From an archaeon (GTDB lineage Archaea > Iainarchaeota > Iainarchaeia > Iainarchaeales > Iainarchaeaceae): a stretch of 18,859 nucleotides of DNA. A program made the translations under genes and the position numbers. This document shows, one piece after another, positions 1 to 7,214 of the stretch (its first letter is position 1; each line of letters opens with the position of its first letter). The stretch lies in the NCBI GenBank assembly GCA_038046625.1, contig JBBSVV010000039.1, positions 1 through 18,859 on the forward strand. Direction: 5' to 3'. The notes below the pieces were generated by a model. It saw nothing but the letters and a program-made list of their open reading frames with translations. It searched no databases and was not told where the DNA came from.

Positions 1-875
1 AGGTAATAGCCGTAATAGGTGCGGCCGGATTCATTGGAAAGGCCATTTCAAGGGAGCTTGGAAAGAGCCACGAAGTCATAGGCACTTCCCTGCATAACCG
101 TGAAGGGTATTTCCATTGCGACATCACGAAAAAAAGCAGCGTAAAGGATTTCATTTCAGGCCACAGGCCGGATGTTGTCATTCACCTTGCTGCTCTCACA
201 GATGTGGATTTGTGCGAGCGCGACAAGGCGAACGCAAAAAAAATTCATGTTGATGGCACCAGGAACCTGGTTGACGCGTGCAAAAGCCTTTCCCCAAGGT
301 TCATTTATTTTTCAACGGACTTTGTCTTCGACGGCAGGAAAGGAAATTACTCCGAGGCCGATGCCACAAACCCCATAAACAATTACGGCAAAACCAAGCT
401 GGAGGGAGAAAAAATTGCAGAGGCTCTTTCAGGGCATTTGATAGTGAGGGCCTCAACGCCCTACAGCTTCGGCTCGGGCTCAAAAAAATTTCTCGGCATA
501 CTATTGGAAAAACTTTCGAGGGGTGAAAAGGCCGGTGCTTTTGCGGACTTCATAAGGTCGCCGACCCTGATTGAGAACCTCGCCGAAAACGTCGGGGCGC
601 TTGTTTCAAACGGCCATTCAGGCGTATTGCATGTCACAGGCTCCTCGCAGTTATCCATGTATGATGCCGCGCTGCAGGTTGCGGATGTGTTCGGGTTCGA
701 CCCTTCACTCGTGCAGAAAACCACCAGCAGTTCCGTTTCCCTCGATGCCCCACGGCCCCTTGATACTGGCATGAATGTTTCGCTCGCGCGGAAACTCGGC
801 CTAAACATCATCAGTTTCAGGGAAGGCCTGTTGAAGGTAAAGAAACAGGCTCAGGGTTATATCGAAAGACATTAA
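1..875 (+). CDS. rmlD: dTDP-4-dehydrorhamnose reductase family SDR (5'-truncated by window edge)
   Basis: The frame is open from base 3 (VIAVIGAAGFIGK, Rossmann GxxGxxG) and continues into the 204..875 ORF. RmlD-like motifs: HLAALTDVDLCE, STDFVFDG, catalytic YGKTK, RSPT and C-terminal APRP. Confidence 0.9.
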   Translation, partial: VIAVIGAAGFIGKAISRELGKSHEVIGTSLHNREGYFHCDITKKSSVKDFISGHRPDVVIHLAALTDVDLCERDKANAKKIHVDGTRNLVDACKSLSPRFIYFSTDFVFDGRKGNYSEADATNPINNYGKTKLEGEKIAEALSGHLIVRASTPYSFGSGSKKFLGILLEKLSRGEKAGAFADFIRSPTLIENLAENVGALVSNGHSGVLHVTGSSQLSMYDAALQVADVFGFDPSLVQKTTSSSVSLDAPRPLDTGMNVSLARKLGLNIISFREGLLKVKKQAQGYIERH

Positions 876-907
876 TTTTGAAACTTTTTCGAATGTCTTT
901 CGATAGC

Positions 908-1049
908 TATAGCAAACCAATAAAGTAATTCGGTGAATTTTCATGGTTCCTTGTACCCACAGGGTACGAGGCCCCGCAGAGCCCTGCTCTGCTAGGGTGC
1001 TATCTAGCAGACCACCATAAATGCCGAAAAACTTTCGTGGTCTGCTATA
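908..1049. mobile_element. TA-bounded MITE-like palindromic element, full copy 1 (core orientation A)
   Basis: Ends TATAGCAAACCA (908-919) and TGGTCTGCTATA (1038-1049) are inverted at 11/12. Arms match 14586-14726 at 39/41 and 37/39. The core at 949-1009 holds three hairpins. The repeat is directly seen; mobility is inferred. Confidence 0.75.
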
Positions 1050-1091
1050 TCAAAGGACAAATTTTGTATCCATATTTTTGTCCTTTGATAT
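1047..1091. repeat. Perfect 15-bp inverted repeat with 15-nt spacer (mini-MITE or bidirectional terminator)
   Basis: ATATCAAAGGACAAA (1047-1061) is the exact reverse complement of TTTGTCCTTTGATAT (1077-1091). It lies between convergent rmlD and rmlC. Confidence 0.85.
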
Positions 1092-1582
1092 TAAATTTCT
1101 TCAGGCTCGGAATCCCAGTCAAAGCCTATTTCAGCGTCATCATGGGGGATTCTCTCCTCATCGGGATCTTTCGGGTTGTACTCCTCATTCATTGCATAGA
1201 GCATTGTGACCGGCTCTTTCCCAAGGGCCTTGTATCCGTGCGCAACCTTTTTCGGGATTATTATCAGCTTGGGGTTTTTCGATGAATCGAGCTTGAATGC
1301 GGCTTTTTTTTTGAATCCCGGAGAGTCCTCGCGCAGATCATACAATCCAACCAGAGCCACCCCGGAAAGGAGAAACCAGATGTCCTGCTGCCTGTTGTGC
1401 CAGTGGAATGCCTTTATGACTCCGGGTTTTGTGAGTGAAACCGAAACCTGGTTTATGTTGTTCGCAACCCAGCTTTTCCTCAGCACCTCCAGAAAATACC
1501 CCCTTTTATCCGCGTGCTTCACGAGTTCGATTATTTTGACACCAGGAAAACCGTGGAGTTCTTTTTCAATCATAAAAACCAT
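1091..1582 (-). CDS. rmlC: dTDP-4-dehydrorhamnose 3,5-epimerase family cupin
   Basis: Motifs DKRGYFLE, GVIKAFHWH, DLREDSP, IPKKVAHGY and C-terminal IGFDW. The start could instead be the ATG at 1573. Confidence 0.88.
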   Translation of the reverse strand: MVFMIEKELHGFPGVKIIELVKHADKRGYFLEVLRKSWVANNINQVSVSLTKPGVIKAFHWHNRQQDIWFLLSGVALVGLYDLREDSPGFKKKAAFKLDSSKNPKLIIIPKKVAHGYKALGKEPVTMLYAMNEEYNPKDPDEERIPHDDAEIGFDWDSEPEEI

Positions 1583-1602
1583 CTTGGCCGATAAACCTTA
1601 AA

Positions 1603-1646
1603 TATGGCAAACCCCGAAAGTTTTTAGGCTTTTCCGCGCAGCCATA
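1603..1646 (-). repeat. Solo, degenerate right arm of the MITE-like family
   Basis: 1603-1633 matches the reverse complement of 1019-1049 at 26/31. It is bounded by TATGGC...GCCATA. Confidence 0.75.
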
Positions 1647-1654
1647 CTCATTTT

Positions 1655-3187
1655 TCATCCGCCTTCATCCCTCACGTAAATGCTCACTTCATTGTTCGAA
1701 AATATTTCCATGAATCCAATTTTTTGCCGTTGCACTGAATCCCCGAATATTTTTTCCCCCTTCGCATTCACCCACACATAATCGGCGCCATATTTTTCTG
1801 CAATCGAGAGTTCTCCCCCGAAGAAAGCGTTCACATCCTCCGCAGTTTCTTTCCTCTCCGATGTGAGATAAGCGTGTGCAAGCACGGGCTTGTGGTGTGT
1901 CTTCCAGCTTATTATTGCGCCCATCCTCTGGTCCGACATTACAATGCCCTTCGGCTGTTCCGCGAGGAAATCCAGGGCCCCTTTTTCTGCCGGGCTGATA
2001 AAAGAGAGTGCATTGTTGTTGGTCCATTGGCTCCTCTCCGAAAGCACGAACGGCCCGGAAAGGACGCAGGCAAGCACCAGGGCTGCGAACAAATATTTCG
2101 GGATTTTTTGCCGCATTGAAATGAGCCAGTGCACTGCAAAAACAGCCGTGATTATGTAGAAGAATATGAGGTATTCGGCCCCGAACCCTATCCTAGTCAG
2201 GGCAAAAGCGCCGAGCAGCCACGCGATGAGCAGCCAAGCAACGCGCTTTTCCCCGGGAATTCTAGTGAGGCCGATGAGCCCGAGGATGAGGACCACGCCA
2301 AACCCTATAAAGTAGAACAGCAGCGGCTCCTGTTTTGCAATGAAAAAGTAAATCTGCTGGTGCGCGGAAATGACCTTGTCTTCCGAAGACCAGGCCGAGT
2401 ATGCAAGTGCGGGGGCAAGAAAAACAAAAAAGTTGGCCGCAATCACCATGGTCTGCCTGGAAATTTTTTTCATGCTCAGTGTCTCGATGAGCTGCATCAA
2501 TGCAACGGTAACCGCGAAAAATATTGCGGTCACCGGGTGGATGAAGAATATAACAAGTTCAAGCGCCCCGGCAACGAGTAGCGGCTTCAAATCATTTTTT
2601 TTGAGGTACTCGAGCACGAGCACGAAACCCAGGAGCGCAAGGCCCAATGCCCAGTACCTGTGCGGCACGAACATGTTCCCTATGAGGCTGTAGCCATACC
2701 AAAAGGTCAGGTCGCTGCTCTTTATCCTCGCAATTGCGGGGAAAACGTTTCCGAGCAACGCCACCAGCCAGCCGAGGCCGCCCGCAAGTGAAATGAATCC
2801 GTAAGCCAAAAACCTTTCCCTGAATGTTTTGAATACCAAACCCAAAAAAATCCAGAGTGCCGTCAGGAAAAAAATTATGCCGAAAAACCTGGACAGGACA
2901 AAAACCGTTTCAATGGGAATGCCTGTTTTTGCGGCCTGCCCCATTGCGAGGAACAGGGGCAGAAAATATCTGCCCAGCTGTGGTTCGGATGTCTGCTTGT
3001 TTTCCAGTAAAATGCCGTGCTGCGCGTCCTCGACAAAGGATGCATAAACATAATTGTCTTCCGGGAACTCGAAGCCGAGGTAACCGTCTCCGGCCGCATA
3101 ACCCCCAAGAGTAGGCGCGAGCTGTATCGCCGACATCACGACTGCGAATGTCAGCACCATGGCAAGTTCTTTCGAGCGCTTTTCCAT
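1655..3187 (-). CDS. Polytopic membrane protein, probable GT-C fold glycosyltransferase
   Basis: 510 aa with many hydrophobic segments, an acidic motif in the first loop (FPEDNYVY) and a soluble C-terminal domain (GIVMSDQRMG...YGADYVWV). The ATG is preceded by a G-rich RBS-like tract. Confidence 0.65.
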   Translation of the reverse strand: MEKRSKELAMVLTFAVVMSAIQLAPTLGGYAAGDGYLGFEFPEDNYVYASFVEDAQHGILLENKQTSEPQLGRYFLPLFLAMGQAAKTGIPIETVFVLSRFFGIIFFLTALWIFLGLVFKTFRERFLAYGFISLAGGLGWLVALLGNVFPAIARIKSSDLTFWYGYSLIGNMFVPHRYWALGLALLGFVLVLEYLKKNDLKPLLVAGALELVIFFIHPVTAIFFAVTVALMQLIETLSMKKISRQTMVIAANFFVFLAPALAYSAWSSEDKVISAHQQIYFFIAKQEPLLFYFIGFGVVLILGLIGLTRIPGEKRVAWLLIAWLLGAFALTRIGFGAEYLIFFYIITAVFAVHWLISMRQKIPKYLFAALVLACVLSGPFVLSERSQWTNNNALSFISPAEKGALDFLAEQPKGIVMSDQRMGAIISWKTHHKPVLAHAYLTSERKETAEDVNAFFGGELSIAEKYGADYVWVNAKGEKIFGDSVQRQKIGFMEIFSNNEVSIYVRDEGG

Positions 3188-3214
3188 TCAACCATTACCC
3201 CCCTTTTAGGATTA

Positions 3215-4192
3215 TTATGCCCCGGTGTTTTCTTGGAACCATTCAATGGTCTGCCTCAAGCCATTGTCAAGGCTTGTCTTCGGCCTGAAACCCAGGATGC
3301 GTTCGGCCTTTGAAGTGTCGCAGATGCGCTTCATCCTGCCTGGGTTTTCCGAGAGGTCTTTCTCTATCTTAACCTCTTTTCCCATGAGCTCCGCAATTTT
3401 TTCCGCGAGGTCAATTATTTTTATGCCCTTGTCAGTGCCGAAGTTTATCGGGTCGGGCTTCGGGTATTTCTCGCCAAGCATTGTGAAGCCCTCCGCCACG
3501 TCCTTGACAAACACAAAACTTCTTTCCTGCTGCCCGGTGCCGAATATCCTTACCCTGCTTTCTGTCATTATCTGGTTTATGATTGACGGTATGACGTGCG
3601 ATTTCATTGGATTGAAAAAATCCCTGGGGCCATAAGTGTTGAACGGCCTCGCAATCCCGATTTTCATTCCGAATTCCTCGGAAAAGGCTTTTGCCATGAG
3701 CTCGTCAAACCTCTTGCTCCACGCGTAACCGAACTTTGCCTTGTCGGGTTCGCCGACAAAACCCATTTCCTCTTTAAGGATGCCGTCAACGCTGTCTGAA
3801 TACACGAAAGCCGAGCTTGAGATAACCGTTCTCTCAACGTGCGAGTTCCTTATGGCATCAAGCGTGTTTGATGTTATGAGGCCGTTGTCCCTTATCATTG
3901 TGGCCGGGTGCTCTATGTTATAGTTCACGCCCCCGACGATTGCGGCAAGGTGGAATACCGCGTCCATGCCCTCAACGGCCTTTCGGCAGTCCACAACGTT
4001 CCTGAGGTCGCATGGCATAACCTCAATATTGGATGCCGACTCTGCAGGGTTAACCCTCGCCTTTTTGCCGCTCCTTTCTTTCGAAGTTACCCTGATACTT
4101 GCGCCATGGTCCGTGAGCAGGTCTGCCAGATGTGAACCTATGAAACCCGTGCCACCGGTAACCAAAACATTTTTGCCTTTCCAGAACGGCAT
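3215..4192 (-). CDS. NAD-dependent epimerase/reductase, GDP-fucose synthase / GDP-mannose 3,5-epimerase-like
   Basis: Motifs GGTGFIGSHL, HLAAIVGG, YAWSK, RPFNTYGP, SHVIP and GTGQQERSFVFVKD. Confidence 0.85.
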   Translation of the reverse strand: MPFWKGKNVLVTGGTGFIGSHLADLLTDHGASIRVTSKERSGKKARVNPAESASNIEVMPCDLRNVVDCRKAVEGMDAVFHLAAIVGGVNYNIEHPATMIRDNGLITSNTLDAIRNSHVERTVISSSAFVYSDSVDGILKEEMGFVGEPDKAKFGYAWSKRFDELMAKAFSEEFGMKIGIARPFNTYGPRDFFNPMKSHVIPSIINQIMTESRVRIFGTGQQERSFVFVKDVAEGFTMLGEKYPKPDPINFGTDKGIKIIDLAEKIAELMGKEVKIEKDLSENPGRMKRICDTSKAERILGFRPKTSLDNGLRQTIEWFQENTGA

Positions 4193-4220
4193 TATACCAC
4201 AAGTAATCCTTCCTATCGGG

Positions 4221-4230
4221 TTAATAAAAA
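4221..4230 (-). promoter_or_regulatory. Putative archaeal TATA box for the 3215..4192 gene
   Basis: Minus-strand TTATTAA starts 35 nt upstream of ATG 4192. The same heptamer sits at similar spacing before two other genes. Confidence 0.5.
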
Positions 4231-4246
4231 TTTAACTTCATTCGAG

Positions 4247-4303
4247 TTTTGGACCAATAAGCTGATCGGCCGCGGCACGGCTCCGCGTTATCGTGGCCCA
4301 AAA
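4247..4303. repeat. Imperfect hairpin, probable internally deleted relative of the MITE-like family
   Basis: Stem TTTTGGACCA / TGGCCCAAAA (9/10). It carries the left-arm motif ACCAATAA...TCGG, the right-arm motif TCGTGGCC and an inner CGCGG/CCGCG stem. Confidence 0.55.
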
Positions 4304-4308
4304 TCCTA

Positions 4309-4318
4309 TTATTAAAAA
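4309..4318 (+). promoter_or_regulatory. Putative archaeal TATA box for the 4343 gene
   Basis: TTATTAAAAA starts 34 nt upstream of ATG 4343; no obvious RBS precedes the ATG. Confidence 0.5.
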
Positions 4319-4342
4319 GTTGCTTCCAATTTTTTTGTTGTC

Positions 4343-5491
4343 ATGGTGAACAAGGTTACCCTGCTTGGCACGTTGCCGCCGATAAAGGGGATAAGTGATT
4401 ACTGCATAGAGCAGACCCGCACGCTCGGCGAGAGAATAAACGTTGTTTTCCTCAACTTCAAGGCCATTTACCCGGAATTCCTGTACCCCGGGAGCACTAA
4501 AGAGGATGACCCGTCTTTCAGGGTGCCGGAATCACCGAGAATAGAAGTGAGGCCCACTCTGGCCTGGTATAACCCTTTCAGCTGGATCGGCGCAGGGCTC
4601 GGGGCAGAGGGCGAGGTTTTCCACTTCCACTGGTGGACTTACTTCCTTTTCCCGGTTGTTTTCACCGTTGCCTTGATTGCGAAACTCCGGGGAAAAAAAA
4701 TCGTGTGCACCGTGCACAATGTCATTGCGCACGAGTCAAACTTTTTGGACCGCCTCCTCACGGGAACAATGTTCCTGCTGCCTGACAGGTTCATTGTCCA
4801 CACCGATAAAAACATGGAGCAGCTCCGCGATGCCTACTCAGTAAGGCCATCCGGCATCAGCGTGATACCGCAGGGCATTTATTCTTTTTACCGCGACAAA
4901 AAGGTTTCCAAGAATGATGCGAGAAAAAAACTCGGCATTCCCGGCAAAGCCAGGGCCGTGCTTTACTTTGGCAACATCAGGAAGTACAAGGGTGTCGGGG
5001 ATCTCATCGGGGCTTTCAGGATTGCACAGAAAGAAATCCCCTCATTGTTCCTCGTCATAGCGGGGCGCCCGTGGAGCGGGGAACTCCGCACTTCAATCAG
5101 CGATTCAGTGAGGCCGGTCAGGGAAAAAAAAGTTGTCCTTGATTACATCGCGTCTTCCGACATAAAGTATTATTTCGAGGCCGCAGACGTGGTGGTTTTG
5201 CCTTACAGGCATTTTTCCGCGCAAAGCGCCCTCGGCAACATTGCCCTCGCATTTGAAAAGCCTCTCATAGTTTCCGATGCCGGCGGGCTCCCGGAACTGG
5301 TGCTCGACAAAAACATGGTTTTTGAGGCAGGCAACCCTGCTGCCCTTGCCCGCAAAATCAGCCTCGTTTTTTCGAAAAAAGGGCTCCTGCAGAGCATGGC
5401 GCGCGACTCGAAAAAACTGAAGCAAAAATATTCGTGGGAAAGCATTTCCGCGGAAACCGTCCGGCTGTACGACGGCCTTTTCCGCCCATGA
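4343..5491 (+). CDS. Glycosyltransferase family 4 (GT-B)
   Basis: 382 aa. Motifs GISDY, TVHNVIAHE, YFGNIRKYKG, ADVVVLPY, KPLIVSDAGGLPE and YSWE. Confidence 0.9.
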   Translation: MVNKVTLLGTLPPIKGISDYCIEQTRTLGERINVVFLNFKAIYPEFLYPGSTKEDDPSFRVPESPRIEVRPTLAWYNPFSWIGAGLGAEGEVFHFHWWTYFLFPVVFTVALIAKLRGKKIVCTVHNVIAHESNFLDRLLTGTMFLLPDRFIVHTDKNMEQLRDAYSVRPSGISVIPQGIYSFYRDKKVSKNDARKKLGIPGKARAVLYFGNIRKYKGVGDLIGAFRIAQKEIPSLFLVIAGRPWSGELRTSISDSVRPVREKKVVLDYIASSDIKYYFEAADVVVLPYRHFSAQSALGNIALAFEKPLIVSDAGGLPELVLDKNMVFEAGNPAALARKISLVFSKKGLLQSMARDSKKLKQKYSWESISAETVRLYDGLFRP

Positions 5492-5495
5492 ATGC

Positions 5496-5503
5496 TTTTT
5501 TTT
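5496..5503 (+). terminator. Possible oligo-T terminator
   Basis: A T8 run begins 5 nt after the GT4 stop codon and is followed by a new TATA-like box. Confidence 0.35.
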
Positions 5504-5541
5504 CGTACCAAATTCTTTATAAGCCCGGGTAAAACCAATTA

Positions 5542-5548
5542 TTATTAA
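5542..5548 (+). promoter_or_regulatory. Putative archaeal TATA box for the 5574 gene
   Basis: TTATTAA starts 32 nt upstream of ATG 5574. Confidence 0.45.
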
Positions 5549-5573
5549 CTAAACTCCCTTTCCCGTGTTTGTC

Positions 5574-7034
5574 ATGGATTTTTTGTCTGAAAAAAATTTT
5601 ACAGCCATGGCCCTGATTGTTTTTTCCCTCATTTTCCTGAGTTTCTTTCCGCACATTTACGCTTCAATCGACGAGCATACTTTCCTGAAAAATGCGCTCC
5701 TCCTCCGCAACGGTTCAATCAGCGAGCCGAACCCGGAACTCGCATGCAGGTCAAACATCTTTACCGCACAGGGTTATGTCGGAGGCCAGTTCATCGGAAA
5801 ATCCGTTTTCCTCCTGCCGTTCACATTTTTCGGCCTGGATGCGGTAATGTTCTCCGGCCTCGTCATTCACCTCGTTAATGCAATTCTTTTCTTTCTCATA
5901 CTAAAAAAACTGGGCATTGATCCGCGCTTTACGGTTCTTTACACATTTTTCCCCGTAATGCTGTGGGAAACAAGAACCCTTTACAGCGAATTGCTGGTTC
6001 TGACGGCATTCCTTGCCGCATTCTACTTTTACATTAAAGACTCAAAGTTTTCAGCGACAGCTTCCGGATTTTTGTTTGGCCTGGCGGCTGTTGTCCGGTA
6101 TGATGCCGTGGTTGGCTTTGCCGCGTTTGCCGCGCCGCTGCTGTTCCGGGACAGGAAAAAACTCTTTGAGATGCTTGCCGGTTTCATTCCGGTGGTTCTT
6201 CTGATACTCATGTTCAACACCCTCGCATATTCGGGGCCGCTGAACGCGGGCTACGGTTCCGGCGTCTCGCTTGTCTCCTCCCTTGCAAACATCAACCCAT
6301 TGACTTTGCTCGCTTACCTTGGCATACTGCTGATACTAATTCCGGGCCTGCTTGCATCGCCCTTGCTTTCATCGAAAAAAAATTATTTGCCGCAGTTCAT
6401 CCTCATTTCCATTGCATACCTATGGCTCACCTCAAGGTTCACGGACATAACCGCCTTCCCCCTTACAATTGACACTTTCCTGACCGCCAGGCTGAGGTAC
6501 CTGGTTCCGCTCATAGGGCTTCTCCTGATTCCTTACTCTGAATTGCTGGATAAAATTTTCGGAATGCTTAAGGCCGGGAAAAATATTTTGTTCGCGGCAT
6601 CGCTTTTGGTTTTGGCAATCGGCGCGGTTTTCGCCTCCTCTGTCCACGCGAATTTCACGGATTCGCGCTTCGAAACTTTCAGCCAGATCAGGTCCAATGT
6701 CCCGCAGGATGCGCTTCTCATCGGAAGCTCCGATAACTGCATTTACTCGATTGCCGCTAATCTTGAAAGGACAAGGTACATGAACATTGTCCCTGAATAT
6801 GATTTGGGCCCGCATGGCAAGGGCATAAGCCTGAATGAAAGGTTCTCCGGCGACACGTATTTTATGGACCTGGCCTATTCAAACCGCTCCTCGAACACAA
6901 GCCAAAGGCAGAACAACACAAATGCCGAGAGGAAGTTCATGCAGGATTTCATTGAAAACAATTCAGGCAACCTCGAACTCGTGTTTGAAACCGACCAGCC
7001 GAATAGCCTGAGCATTTACAAGTGGAAAGGGTGA
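5574..7034 (+). CDS. GT-C fold membrane glycosyltransferase (ArnT/PMT-like, GT39/83)
   Basis: DE motif after TM1 (YASIDEH), LYSE, GLAAVVRY, RYLVP, multiple TM segments and a soluble C-terminus. ATG 5574 is preferred over GTG 5565 on TATA spacing. Confidence 0.75.
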   Translation: MDFLSEKNFTAMALIVFSLIFLSFFPHIYASIDEHTFLKNALLLRNGSISEPNPELACRSNIFTAQGYVGGQFIGKSVFLLPFTFFGLDAVMFSGLVIHLVNAILFFLILKKLGIDPRFTVLYTFFPVMLWETRTLYSELLVLTAFLAAFYFYIKDSKFSATASGFLFGLAAVVRYDAVVGFAAFAAPLLFRDRKKLFEMLAGFIPVVLLILMFNTLAYSGPLNAGYGSGVSLVSSLANINPLTLLAYLGILLILIPGLLASPLLSSKKNYLPQFILISIAYLWLTSRFTDITAFPLTIDTFLTARLRYLVPLIGLLLIPYSELLDKIFGMLKAGKNILFAASLLVLAIGAVFASSVHANFTDSRFETFSQIRSNVPQDALLIGSSDNCIYSIAANLERTRYMNIVPEYDLGPHGKGISLNERFSGDTYFMDLAYSNRSSNTSQRQNNTNAERKFMQDFIENNSGNLELVFETDQPNSLSIYKWKG

Positions 7035-7037
7035 CTA

Positions 7038-7163
7038 TTTGGCAGGATTTACAATCGTGAGGAATGCCCACGGAGCCTTATTTTTTAAGGTGTTGGCAAC
7101 ATCCTCTCACGTGGGCAAAAGCCGAAGGCAATTTTTTTGGCAAAGCTTTTGTGGCCTGCAAAA
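7038..7163. repeat. Multi-hairpin intergenic element, diverged relative of the MITE-like family
   Basis: 7142-7159 matches the copy-2 right arm at 16/18. An 8-bp stem TGCCCACG/CGTGGGCA (7065-7072/7110-7117) encloses CCTTA/TAAGG and TGTTG/CAACA hairpins. Ends are TTTGGCAGG/CCTGCAAAA. Confidence 0.55.
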
Positions 7164-7214
7164 AGGGTTTTGATGAGATAAAACATATGCCCGCGATAAA
7201 TAGGCGGTGGAAAC

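Noticed and set aside
945..1013. tRNA gene (cloverleaf-like core)
   Set aside because: Loops are only 2-3 nt, with no 7-nt anticodon loop, no TTCRA T-loop and no 7-bp acceptor stem.
1021..1285. Short + strand ORFs starting inside element copy 1 (possible transposase remnant)
   Set aside because: They are mostly antisense to rmlC, have no DDE or HTH features and are not conserved next to copy 2.
1304..1312. A9 tract in rmlC as a phase-variation site
   Set aside because: It is in frame (Lys-Lys-Lys), and A/T runs of 7-9 nt are common throughout this Lys/Phe-rich window.
5489..5498. TGAATGCTTT shared at the stop codons of the genes ending at 5491 and 8789
   Set aside because: Only 10 nt, including the stop codon and a T-run, with no extended similarity; it cannot be distinguished from chance.
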